Shown: positions 8,640 to 15,701 of the stretch, piece by piece
How the letters are laid out: every line of letters starts with the position of its first letter
Position numbering within the stretch: position 1 is the first letter of the stretch
Virus record (IMG/VR): IMGVR_UViG_2823670853_000004
Location: 1 to 23,939 of that record
Strand: one strand, 5' to 3'
DNA: 23,939 nucleotides
From: a virus
Lineage: Duplodnaviria > Heunggongvirae > Uroviricota > Caudoviricetes
Made by a program: the position numbers and the translations under genes
The notes under the pieces: generated by a model
What the model saw: only the letters and a program-made list of their open reading frames with translations
Databases searched by the model: none
Told to the model about the DNA's origin: nothing

Positions 8640-9473
8640 TCAGCAATTGGTCAGAGTGTCAGCGGGGGCGTTACCGCCTGTTGCACGCTGGCGGTAGTCC
8701 TGGCGGCTGTCTTCATGACTCAGCTTGTCCACCAGTTCGTTAAAGGCGGTTTGCTGTGCCTGCAGGGCAGTCTCCAGCTCAGACAGGCGTTCTTCCTGCT
8801 CAGACAGGGATTTTTCGGTGCGTGCGTTCAGGTTCTGCTGCTCAGTGGCGACCAGCTCCACGGCCTTATGCACATCAGAGAACCGGGCGTCATCGGACTG
8901 CTCTTTTTTGGTAAACAGCGCCGTGACGCGGGCAAACAGGGATGGTTTGTCGTCCTGGATTTCTTCCAGTTCGATCACCGTTTCCTCTGCAGCGGTAAAG
9001 AGATTGGCAGGATTCTGCTTGCGGTTTGCCAGCGGGTTATGGGCTGCACTGGCGCTGAATGTCAGCATTTCCGTACCCAGACTGGCAGGGTCATCAGTGG
9101 CAGCCAGGCCGACCAGGTAGGCTTTGCCCGTATCAGCGAACTTCGGGCTGACTTCCATAGAGGTGAATAATTTCTGGCCTTTTTTCACCAGTTCCACCAG
9201 GGACTCCGTTGGCTCAACGTCGGCATACAGCGCCATCTTGCCCGCCAGCGGACCTTCCGTGATTTCTTCAGCAAACAGCGCCGTCACCTTGCCGTAGCGG
9301 TTAAAGGTGCTGTCCGGCAGATAAGACTTGATGTGCTCAAGGTTAATCAGCGCGGTATACACCGCCGGGTTGTAGCTGGCTGCCATCTGTTCCAGCCATT
9401 CACGCTGGATTTCGCGTCCGTCGGTGGTGGCACCTTCCACCCCGATGCGAAAACGCTTTGCTTTCACTGTCAT
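8640..9473 (-). CDS. O: Capsid scaffolding protein (gpO-like)
   Basis: 277 aa; N-terminal FRIGVEGATTDGREI and YLVGLAATDDPASLGTE, acidic coiled-coil C-terminus; divergent from P. Confidence 0.85.
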   Translation of the reverse strand: MTVKAKRFRIGVEGATTDGREIQREWLEQMAASYNPAVYTALINLEHIKSYLPDSTFNRYGKVTALFAEEITEGPLAGKMALYADVEPTESLVELVKKGQKLFTSMEVSPKFADTGKAYLVGLAATDDPASLGTEMLTFSASAAHNPLANRKQNPANLFTAAEETVIELEEIQDDKPSLFARVTALFTKKEQSDDARFSDVHKAVELVATEQQNLNARTEKSLSEQEERLSELETALQAQQTAFNELVDKLSHEDSRQDYRQRATGGNAPADTLTNC

Positions 9474-9551
9474 GAGCCGTGCTCCGTTAGAAAAAACTTA
9501 CTGGAGCCTTATGGTTGCGGTGATGGGGGCAGTGAAACAATGCGCGGTATT

Positions 9552-9569
9552 TGTACCGACAACCACACA
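9552..9569. promoter_or_regulatory. TGT-N12-ACA dyad in the divergent O/P promoter region, candidate late-activator site
   Basis: Exact TGT(accgacaaccac)ACA; centre 55.5 bp upstream of P ATG and 87.5 bp upstream of O ATG. Which promoter it serves cannot be decided from sequence. Confidence 0.4.
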
Positions 9570-9615
9570 AACCGCAGGCGGGGAAAGCCTTCATTCAAGG
9601 CTGTAGGTTTGTGCC

Positions 9616-11382
9616 ATGAACACCACACTGACACCCGCAGATCTCGATCCCCGTCGGCAGGCCATGCTGCTGTACTTTCAGGGATACCGCGTAGCCCGCA
9701 TTGCTGAAATGCTGGGCGAGAAAGTTGCAACCGTTCACAGCTGGAAAAAACGCGACAAGTGGGGTGACTATGGGCCGCTGGATCAGATGCAGCTCACCAC
9801 CGCCGCACGCTACTGCCAGCTCATTATGAAGGAGCACAAAGAAGGGAAAGATTTCAAAGAGATTGACCTGCTGGCGCGCCAGTCGGAGCGCCATGCGCGG
9901 ATCGGCAAGTTTAACAATGGCGGCAACGAAGCCGACTTAAACCCTAACGTCGCCAACCGCAACAAAGGCCCGCGCCGTCAGCCGGAAAAGAACGTTTTCA
10001 CCGATGAACAGATTGAGAAGCTGGAAGAAATTTTCCATTCCTCCATGTTCAACTACCAGCGCCACTGGTGGGAAGCCGGAAAAACCAACCGCATCCGCAA
10101 CCTGCTGAAGTCACGCCAGATCGGCGCGACCTTTTACTTTGCCCGTGAAGCCCTGATTGACGCCCTGCTTACCGGACGTAACCAGATTTTCCTTTCTGCC
10201 AGTAAGGCACAGGCTCACGTCTTTAAGCAGTACATCATCGACTTCGCCAAAGAAGTGGAGGTGGAGCTGAAAGGCGATCCGATGGTGCTTCCTAACGGGG
10301 CCACGCTTTACTTCCTCGGCACCAATGCCCGCACGGCCCAGAGTTACCACGGCAACCTGTATCTGGATGAATATTTCTGGATACCAAAATTTCAGGAGCT
10401 GCGCAAAGTGGCTTCCGGTATGGCTATTCACAAGAAATGGCGGCAGACCTATTTTTCCACACCATCCAGCCTGACCCACAGTGCTTATCCGTTCTGGTCC
10501 GGTGCGCTGTTCAACCGTGGGCGCAACAAAGCTGACAAGGTGGACATCGACCTGTCCCACAGCAATCTGGCCCCCGGCCTGCTGTGCGCAGACGGGCAAT
10601 ACCGCCAGATAGTCACCGTGGAAGATGCGGTGCGCGGCGGCTGTAACCTGTTCGACCTCGACCAGCTACGCATGGAGTACAGCCCAGACGAATACCAGAA
10701 CCTGCTGATGTGCGAGTTCGTGGACGATCTCGCGTCCGTGTTCCCGCTCAGCGAACTGCAGGCGTGCATGGTGGACAGTTGGGAAGTCTGGACCGACTTT
10801 CATGCACTGGCCCTGCGCCCGTTTGGCTGGCGCGAGGTGTGGATCGGTTATGACCCGGCAAAAGGTACGCAGAACGGCGACAGTGCCGGATGCGTGGTGG
10901 TGGCTCCGCCAGCCGTGCCGGGCGGTAAGTTCCGCATTCTTGAGCGTCACCAGTGGCGCGGGATGGACTTCCGTGCCCAGGCGGACGCCATCAAAAAACT
11001 GACTGAACAGTACAACGTGACCTATATCGGTATCGACTCGACAGGTGTCGGTCACGGGGTTTATGAGAACGTGAAAGCGTTCTTTCCTGCCGTCCGGGAG
11101 TTTGTCTACAACCCCAACGTTAAAAACGCCCTGGTACTCAAGGCCTACGACATTATCAGCCACCGCCGTCTGGAGTTTGACGCCGGACACACCGACATAG
11201 CGCAGTCCTTTATGGCAATCCGTCGCGCCACCACCGCCAGTGGCAACCGCCCGACCTATGAAGCCAGCCGCAGCGAAGAAGCCAGCCACGCCGATCTGGC
11301 CTGGGCAACGATGCACGCACTGTTTAACGAACCGCTGCAGGGCGAATCCGCCAATACCAGCAATATTGTGGAGATTTTTTGA
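9616..11382 (+). CDS. P: Terminase large (ATPase) subunit (gpP-like)
   Basis: 588 aa; N-terminus MNTTLTPADLDPRRQAMLLYFQGYRVARIAEMLGEKVATVHSWKKRDKW is P2 gpP-like; stop overlaps Q start. Confidence 0.9.
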   Translation: MNTTLTPADLDPRRQAMLLYFQGYRVARIAEMLGEKVATVHSWKKRDKWGDYGPLDQMQLTTAARYCQLIMKEHKEGKDFKEIDLLARQSERHARIGKFNNGGNEADLNPNVANRNKGPRRQPEKNVFTDEQIEKLEEIFHSSMFNYQRHWWEAGKTNRIRNLLKSRQIGATFYFAREALIDALLTGRNQIFLSASKAQAHVFKQYIIDFAKEVEVELKGDPMVLPNGATLYFLGTNARTAQSYHGNLYLDEYFWIPKFQELRKVASGMAIHKKWRQTYFSTPSSLTHSAYPFWSGALFNRGRNKADKVDIDLSHSNLAPGLLCADGQYRQIVTVEDAVRGGCNLFDLDQLRMEYSPDEYQNLLMCEFVDDLASVFPLSELQACMVDSWEVWTDFHALALRPFGWREVWIGYDPAKGTQNGDSAGCVVVAPPAVPGGKFRILERHQWRGMDFRAQADAIKKLTEQYNVTYIGIDSTGVGHGVYENVKAFFPAVREFVYNPNVKNALVLKAYDIISHRRLEFDAGHTDIAQSFMAIRRATTASGNRPTYEASRSEEASHADLAWATMHALFNEPLQGESANTSNIVEIF

Positions 11383-12413
11383 TGGGAAAGAGTAAGAAGA
11401 ACCGAGCTGCGGCGACGAAACAGCTCAAGCATAAAAGCCAAACTTCAGCCGAAGCATTCAGCTTTGGCGATCCCGTTCCTGTTCTGGACCGCCGCGAACT
11501 GCTGGACTATGTGGAATGCGTACAGACAGATCGCTGGTATGAGCCACCAGTAAGCTTTGACGGACTGGCGCGCACCTTCCGCGCTGCCGTGCATCACAGT
11601 TCACCAATTGCGGTGAAATGCAACATTCTGACCAGTACCTACATCCCTCACCCGCTGCTCAGCCAGCAGGCTTTTTCACGTTTTGTGCAGGACTATCTGG
11701 TATTTGGTAACGCCTACCTGGAGAAACGCACGAACCGCTTCGGTGAAGTTATCGCCCTTGATCCTGCTCTGGCAAAATACACCCGACGCGGGTTAGACCT
11801 GGATACCTACTGGTTTGTGCAATACGGTATGACAACCCAGCCGTATCAGTTCACGAAAGGCAGCATTTTTCATCTGATGGAACCGGATATTAATCAGGAG
11901 ATCTACGGCCTGCCCGGCTATCTTTCTGCCATCCCATCCGCTTTGCTCAACGAGTCCGCCACGCTGTTCCGCCGGAAGTATTACATTAACGGTAGTCATG
12001 CAGGCTTCATCATGTACATGACCGATGCCGCGCAGAACCAGGAGGATGTGAACAACCTCCGCAATGCGATGAAAAGCGCCAAAGGCCCTGGCAACTTCCG
12101 CAATCTGTTTATGTACTCGCCTAACGGCAAAAAGGACGGACTTCAGATTATCCCGTTGTCAGAAGTCGCAGCGAAGGATGAGTTTCTGAATATCAAAAAC
12201 GTGAGCCGTGATGACATGATGGCTGCGCACCGCGTGCCGCCACAAATGATGGGGATAATGCCTAGTAATGTCGGGGGGTTTGGGGATGTGGAGAAGGCCG
12301 CGAAGGTTTTTGTAAAAAATGAATTGAAACCACTTCAGCAAAGGCTAATCGAAATTAATAACTGGCTATGTGAGGATGTTATTCTATTCCAAAAATATTC
12401 GTTCAAAGAATAA
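11379..12413 (+). CDS. Q: Portal (capsid vertex) protein (gpQ-like)
   Basis: 344 aa, same length as P2 gpQ; translationally coupled to P. Confidence 0.9.
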   Translation: MMGKSKKNRAAATKQLKHKSQTSAEAFSFGDPVPVLDRRELLDYVECVQTDRWYEPPVSFDGLARTFRAAVHHSSPIAVKCNILTSTYIPHPLLSQQAFSRFVQDYLVFGNAYLEKRTNRFGEVIALDPALAKYTRRGLDLDTYWFVQYGMTTQPYQFTKGSIFHLMEPDINQEIYGLPGYLSAIPSALLNESATLFRRKYYINGSHAGFIMYMTDAAQNQEDVNNLRNAMKSAKGPGNFRNLFMYSPNGKKDGLQIIPLSEVAAKDEFLNIKNVSRDDMMAAHRVPPQMMGIMPSNVGGFGDVEKAAKVFVKNELKPLQQRLIEINNWLCEDVILFQKYSFKE

Positions 12414-12429
12414 CATCCCTCACGTGCAA

Positions 12430-12464
12430 TATAACAAACAAAAAAATTTTGTTTGTTATATTTT
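12430..12464. terminator. Bidirectional hairpin between convergent Q and the GmrSD-like gene; T-run on plus strand
   Basis: Perfect inverted repeat TATAACAAACAAAA (12430-12443), loop AAA, TTTTGTTTGTTATA (12447-12460), followed by TTTT (12461-12464). Stem is AT-rich, so strength is uncertain. The minus-strand stop codon of the GmrSD-like gene (12456-12458) lies inside the right arm. Confidence 0.5.
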
Positions 12465-14039
12465 ACCTGTCATAGCTTTTAAAGCAAGTTCATTTAAATC
12501 CTCTTCGCGCTGGTTTATAAAATCACCATAAGCACTCTTTCCATTCCGTAGATTCGGATGAATCACCGCAGCATCAAAGATCATATCCCTCTCAGCCTCA
12601 TGCACTGTTGGAAAGTACACATCAGGATTCGAATCTGAAATTTGATTATTATCCTGAGCAGTTAAAAATGCAATATTAGCTATTATATTTGACTCATGAA
12701 ATGGAATTCCTTGCCTAGCCAGGTATGCCTTCGGATATATGTGGTGGAATTGTCTTGAATTATATGCTGACAAAGATGTATCAAGGTCAACCACCTTGCC
12801 TGTAATAAAACTCCGTGGAGACAACTGAGCTAACAAGCAAATAGATGCTTTTGCTGCTGAGGAATTAATTCTCCAAGTTTTTCTAAAAAACCCGGTTTCA
12901 ATTTTAGGTACTGGTTGAATATAATCATCTGGAGTACTTATAACGCTATCCATGGCGATAACATCCTCCATAACATAGGTGTTTGTTCCTGCTTTATATC
13001 TTTGCGAAAATGCACAACACCAAAACCATCTTTTAATTGAACTATATTGATAACCCGTTGGGCGAGAGACCTTTGAGAAAAAATAGGTTATAGGTACTAA
13101 CATTATTGGGAATGGTAAAAAAATTGAATTTTTTATTTTTAGATCATTAGCTAAAAAATCAACGGCATTGCGGATACCTCTTTTTAAATCCTCCATTGCG
13201 GATAGAAGAGTTGTTGGATCAATGTCAATCAAAGTATCAGAATCAATCTTCTTATTGATTATTGCCGTCAAACAACGCATCAAAAGAATTTCATCAATCT
13301 GCTCATATCCAACTGACGCAAGATATTCTTTTAATGAATCCATTTCTGTGCGCAAATCAAATTTTTCTGACCATGTCCAAGCCGTTAGCAACTCAATTGT
13401 ACTTAAACTTGTACCAGATGAGTTAATTCTCTGGAATATTCTACAAACTTCTTGATTACTTCTTTCTTTAATCGTAACAATAGGGAACTCATAATCTTTA
13501 AATTTATCAACTAAATTTGCGATTCTATCTTGCTCATCTGCCGGGAATCGTCTTAATTCAGGCAGTAGTTTTGAGGTATCAAGAATACTGCTTAATGCAA
13601 CACTATTTTTTCCTTTTGGTATATCGACAACATTGCAAAAACTATCCGTAGCAGGAATATAATGTATATTAAATCTAGATGCCAAATCACTGTTTTCTGT
13701 TTTCCTGTGGGCATTGAATACTCCAAATAAAGTTGTTAACCGCTGCTGCCCATCCAAAACATAATTAACAGGATAATCTTCTTTCACGTCAGGAAGATGA
13801 AAACCTCCTACATTTCTTTCAAACTTTAACGGTGTCTTTGTTGACCATAATAACAACGAGCCAACAGGGTAACCACTATAAATGGAGTCAATCAAACCTA
13901 ATATCTGCTCATCCGTCCATACGAAATCACGTTGAAACGCAGGAATTTTAATATTTCCACGGGTAACATCATCCAATAAAGATGCTAATCTTTGGTTACC
14001 TGAATCAATCTTTTTCTTAGAGTTTACATTATTTTCCAT
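12456..14039 (-). CDS. DUF262/DUF1524 (GmrSD-family) putative type IV modification-dependent restriction nuclease
   Basis: 527 aa. N-terminal DUF262 motifs IPAFQRDFVW and VLDGQQRLTTLFG; C-terminal DUF1524-type His-Me finger motifs FHHIYPKA and NIAFLTAQDNNQISDSNP. AGGA ribosome-binding site 6 nt upstream. Gene is AT-rich by eye. Confidence 0.8.
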   Translation of the reverse strand: MENNVNSKKKIDSGNQRLASLLDDVTRGNIKIPAFQRDFVWTDEQILGLIDSIYSGYPVGSLLLWSTKTPLKFERNVGGFHLPDVKEDYPVNYVLDGQQRLTTLFGVFNAHRKTENSDLASRFNIHYIPATDSFCNVVDIPKGKNSVALSSILDTSKLLPELRRFPADEQDRIANLVDKFKDYEFPIVTIKERSNQEVCRIFQRINSSGTSLSTIELLTAWTWSEKFDLRTEMDSLKEYLASVGYEQIDEILLMRCLTAIINKKIDSDTLIDIDPTTLLSAMEDLKRGIRNAVDFLANDLKIKNSIFLPFPIMLVPITYFFSKVSRPTGYQYSSIKRWFWCCAFSQRYKAGTNTYVMEDVIAMDSVISTPDDYIQPVPKIETGFFRKTWRINSSAAKASICLLAQLSPRSFITGKVVDLDTSLSAYNSRQFHHIYPKAYLARQGIPFHESNIIANIAFLTAQDNNQISDSNPDVYFPTVHEAERDMIFDAAVIHPNLRNGKSAYGDFINQREEDLNELALKAMTGKI

Positions 14040-14131
14040 TGATATTCCTCACAGGGGTAAATCTATAATAGAATTTCATAAAATCATAACGTTTTCAATT
14101 GCAACATTACAGTTAAACATCCTTGCGCGCG

Positions 14132-14150
14132 CTCGTATCCCCGCCACGCC
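14132..14150 (-). other. Candidate cos cohesive-end site
   Basis: Minus strand reads GGCGTGGCGGGGATACGAG; first 13 nt match the 186/P2 cohesive end as I recall it (GGCG[T/A]GGCGGGGAAAGCA[T/C]). Lies in a short GC-rich segment between two AT-rich cargo genes. Recalled consensus, not verified. Confidence 0.3.
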
Positions 14151-14195
14151 TGCCCGCTTTATGTAGCAGTTTTCATGCACCTGCATGATCTACGC

Positions 14196-14219
14196 AAAAG
14201 CCCGCCAGAACTGGCGGGC
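14196..14219 (-). terminator. Rho-independent terminator for minus-strand transcription from the A-side cargo genes
   Basis: GC-rich inverted repeat GCCCGCCAG/CTGGCGGGC (14200-14219) followed on the minus strand by TTTTG (complement of 14196-14199). Confidence 0.5.
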
Positions 14220-14323
14220 CTTAACACAAAAGATCCTCAAACGATCATGCGATCTCATGCAGCATAGACATGCGCGTTTATGCAGAATGTGCAAAATCGT
14301 AACATACTCAGTAAGCGTGAAAC

Positions 14324-15001
14324 CTAGAACGTGACAGCCTTGTCAAAGCCAGAAATAATTGTATAAGAAATAGACGAGTTATCAGCCTTGTTCACTTTGA
14401 ACTTGGCACCTTTGTAAGCGATAACGTCACTTCCCTTAGAATCTACAGAAAAATCTGTTGTAAATGCTGCACGAGCCATATCGTTTGCAAATTCACGATA
14501 GGTGAACTTCATTACACCGCCTGCATTTCCATTGTATTCGATAGTCTTAACCAATGAGTTACTAACTCGACACAGCCCATCAGGAACACGTTTGATAGAA
14601 ATTTCTGATGCAGTATAAGAAGTACCATTTGGCGGTGATATCTCATTTTTTGCAGCATCGTAACTAACATAATCAACATAGTTACCGATTTGCCCATAGA
14701 GATTTTTTAACGCAACAGCTTGAGGGTTATGATAATTGCGGTAAATTCCATTCCCCTCACTGCAATATGTACCAGCAGCGATAGAAGACAATGCACCATT
14801 AGCCGCACCAAGTTCTAGTACGTCCGTTTTAAATCCAGTAGCAGATGTGATAATGGGATCGCCCATGTAGGCGGTAGCACTTTGCCCAATAGCAGGCTTC
14901 ACCACTTCAATAGCAGTGATATTTCGGTTAGAAGCATGTGGCACGCAACCAGTTAGGATTACAGCAAGAGATATTGGTAACGCTACATTATTAATTTTCA
15001 T
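14324..15001 (-). CDS. Putative lipoprotein of unknown function (about 225 aa precursor)
   Basis: ORF 14324..15055 trimmed to ATG at 15001: MKINNVALPISLAVILTGC has a signal peptide and lipobox (LTGC). Mature part is Ser/Thr/Asn/Gly/Tyr-rich with alternating-hydrophobic beta-strand character, ends in Phe, two Cys. AT-rich. No family recognised. Confidence 0.6.
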   Translation of the reverse strand: MKINNVALPISLAVILTGCVPHASNRNITAIEVVKPAIGQSATAYMGDPIITSATGFKTDVLELGAANGALSSIAAGTYCSEGNGIYRNYHNPQAVALKNLYGQIGNYVDYVSYDAAKNEISPPNGTSYTASEISIKRVPDGLCRVSNSLVKTIEYNGNAGGVMKFTYREFANDMARAAFTTDFSVDSKGSDVIAYKGAKFKVNKADNSSISYTIISGFDKAVTF

Positions 15002-15025
15002 TTTTAGCCTATTATTCTTTTCTTG

Positions 15026-15060
15026 ACAAAAAACAAGGCGATATCTGATTGACATCGCCT
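15026..15060 (-). terminator. Possible weak terminator between the DinI-like gene and the lipoprotein gene
   Basis: Inverted repeat AGGCGAT/ATCGCCT (15036-15060) with an 11-nt loop, followed on the minus strand by TTGTTTTTTG. Loop is long, so weak. Confidence 0.3.
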
Positions 15061-15114
15061 CTCACTCATATGTAACCCTTTTTGATTAGTAAAAACAAGC
15101 GTCTATTGACAAAA

Positions 15115-15348
15115 TCAATGCAGCCAGCTGTCGTCTTCCCACACCTTCTGCATAATTTTCATCACTTGTTTTCTTTCTTCGTACAGTTGCAGTCCGGTCA
15201 GTTCCACACCGTTAGAGCTACCTTTACGGATACGGATTACCGTTTTGGGATACAGGGGGCGCAGATTGCGGTAAAGCTCGGATTCAAGGGCGTCCAGGGT
15301 AGACTGGCTAATCTTCTGCTCTTTATCGATCATTATTTCAATGCGCAT
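15115..15348 (-). CDS. DinI-family protein (77 aa)
   Basis: ORF-track entry 15115..15420 trimmed to ATG at 15348 (MRIEIMIDKEQ...), GAGGTGA Shine-Dalgarno 5 nt upstream. Aligns by eye with E. coli DinI (MRIE start, LDAL..EL, YP, C-terminal WEDDSWL versus WESADDW). Confidence 0.75.
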   Translation of the reverse strand: MRIEIMIDKEQKISQSTLDALESELYRNLRPLYPKTVIRIRKGSSNGVELTGLQLYEERKQVMKIMQKVWEDDSWLH

Positions 15349-15358
15349 AAAAGTCACC

Positions 15359-15547
15359 TCAGCTGATGACATCCATTGAGCGGTTGTATTCGTGGCTTCT
15401 GATTTTTGCCATGAGTTCATCAGTCAATTCAGAAACCCACTGCAGAGCCAGCCCCTTCTCTTCATCACTACACTCACTAGCCGCTACAAGCTTAAGAAAA
15501 AAATCAATGCGCTGGAGCTTCAAAGACTCCAAAAAATAGTCCTGCAT
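15359..15547 (-). CDS. Small acidic protein (62 aa), first gene of the LexA-controlled operon; possible antirepressor-like (Tum N-terminal-like) protein
   Basis: Strong AGGAGGA ribosome-binding site 4 nt before the ATG; LexA box at the promoter; stop TGA lies 10 nt before the DinI-like ATG. The antirepressor assignment is by analogy with 186 tum, not sequence recognition. Confidence 0.55.
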   Translation of the reverse strand: MQDYFLESLKLQRIDFFLKLVAASECSDEEKGLALQWVSELTDELMAKIRSHEYNRSMDVIS

Positions 15548-15589
15548 CTTTCCTCCTATGACACCACACGCAATGCTGTATGCATAACC

Positions 15590-15608
15590 ACTGTTTATAT
15601 TTACAGTA
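15590..15608. promoter_or_regulatory. LexA (SOS) box overlapping the promoter of the 62-aa/DinI-like operon
   Basis: ACTGTTTATATTTACAGTA, i.e. CTGT-N8-ACAG with an AT-rich spacer, about 45 bp upstream of the 62-aa ORF start; flanked by -35-like TTTACA and -10-like TATACT on the minus strand. Confidence 0.7.
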
Positions 15609-15701
15609 TATAATAATCTTACTGATGTAAAACGTTTTTTTTACGCTTATCAGCCTGATATGCCTGGTATTATTAAGAGCACGAATTGTTAACCAGCGTA
15701 A

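Noticed and set aside
8715-9170. Plus-strand ORFs 8715..9170 and 8725..9120 inside scaffold gene O
   Set aside because: Antisense shadow ORFs; Cys/Ser/Arg-rich low-complexity products.
9577-9589. cos-like 13-mer AGGCGGGGAAAGC in the O/P intergenic region
   Set aside because: It matches part of the recalled P2/186 cohesive end, but cos in this family lies next to the 3' end of Q, not between O and P. Treated as a coincidental or promoter-associated GC-rich element unless alignment shows otherwise.
10666-11316. 216-aa minus-strand ORF (and 10111..10599) inside terminase gene P
   Set aside because: Antisense to a confidently assigned, conserved terminase gene; Gly/Ala/Val-rich shadow frames.
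13168-13455. 95-aa plus-strand ORF inside the GmrSD-like gene
   Set aside because: Antisense to a gene with strong domain motifs; AT-rich DNA yields few stops by chance here; no ribosome-binding site.
15115-15420. Longer 101-aa version of the DinI-like ORF starting at 15420
   Set aside because: The upstream 24 codons overlap the 62-aa ORF in another frame and lack a ribosome-binding site. The ATG at 15348 has a GAGGTGA Shine-Dalgarno and gives a protein starting MRIE like DinI. The longer frame is kept only as a possible frameshift-fusion context.
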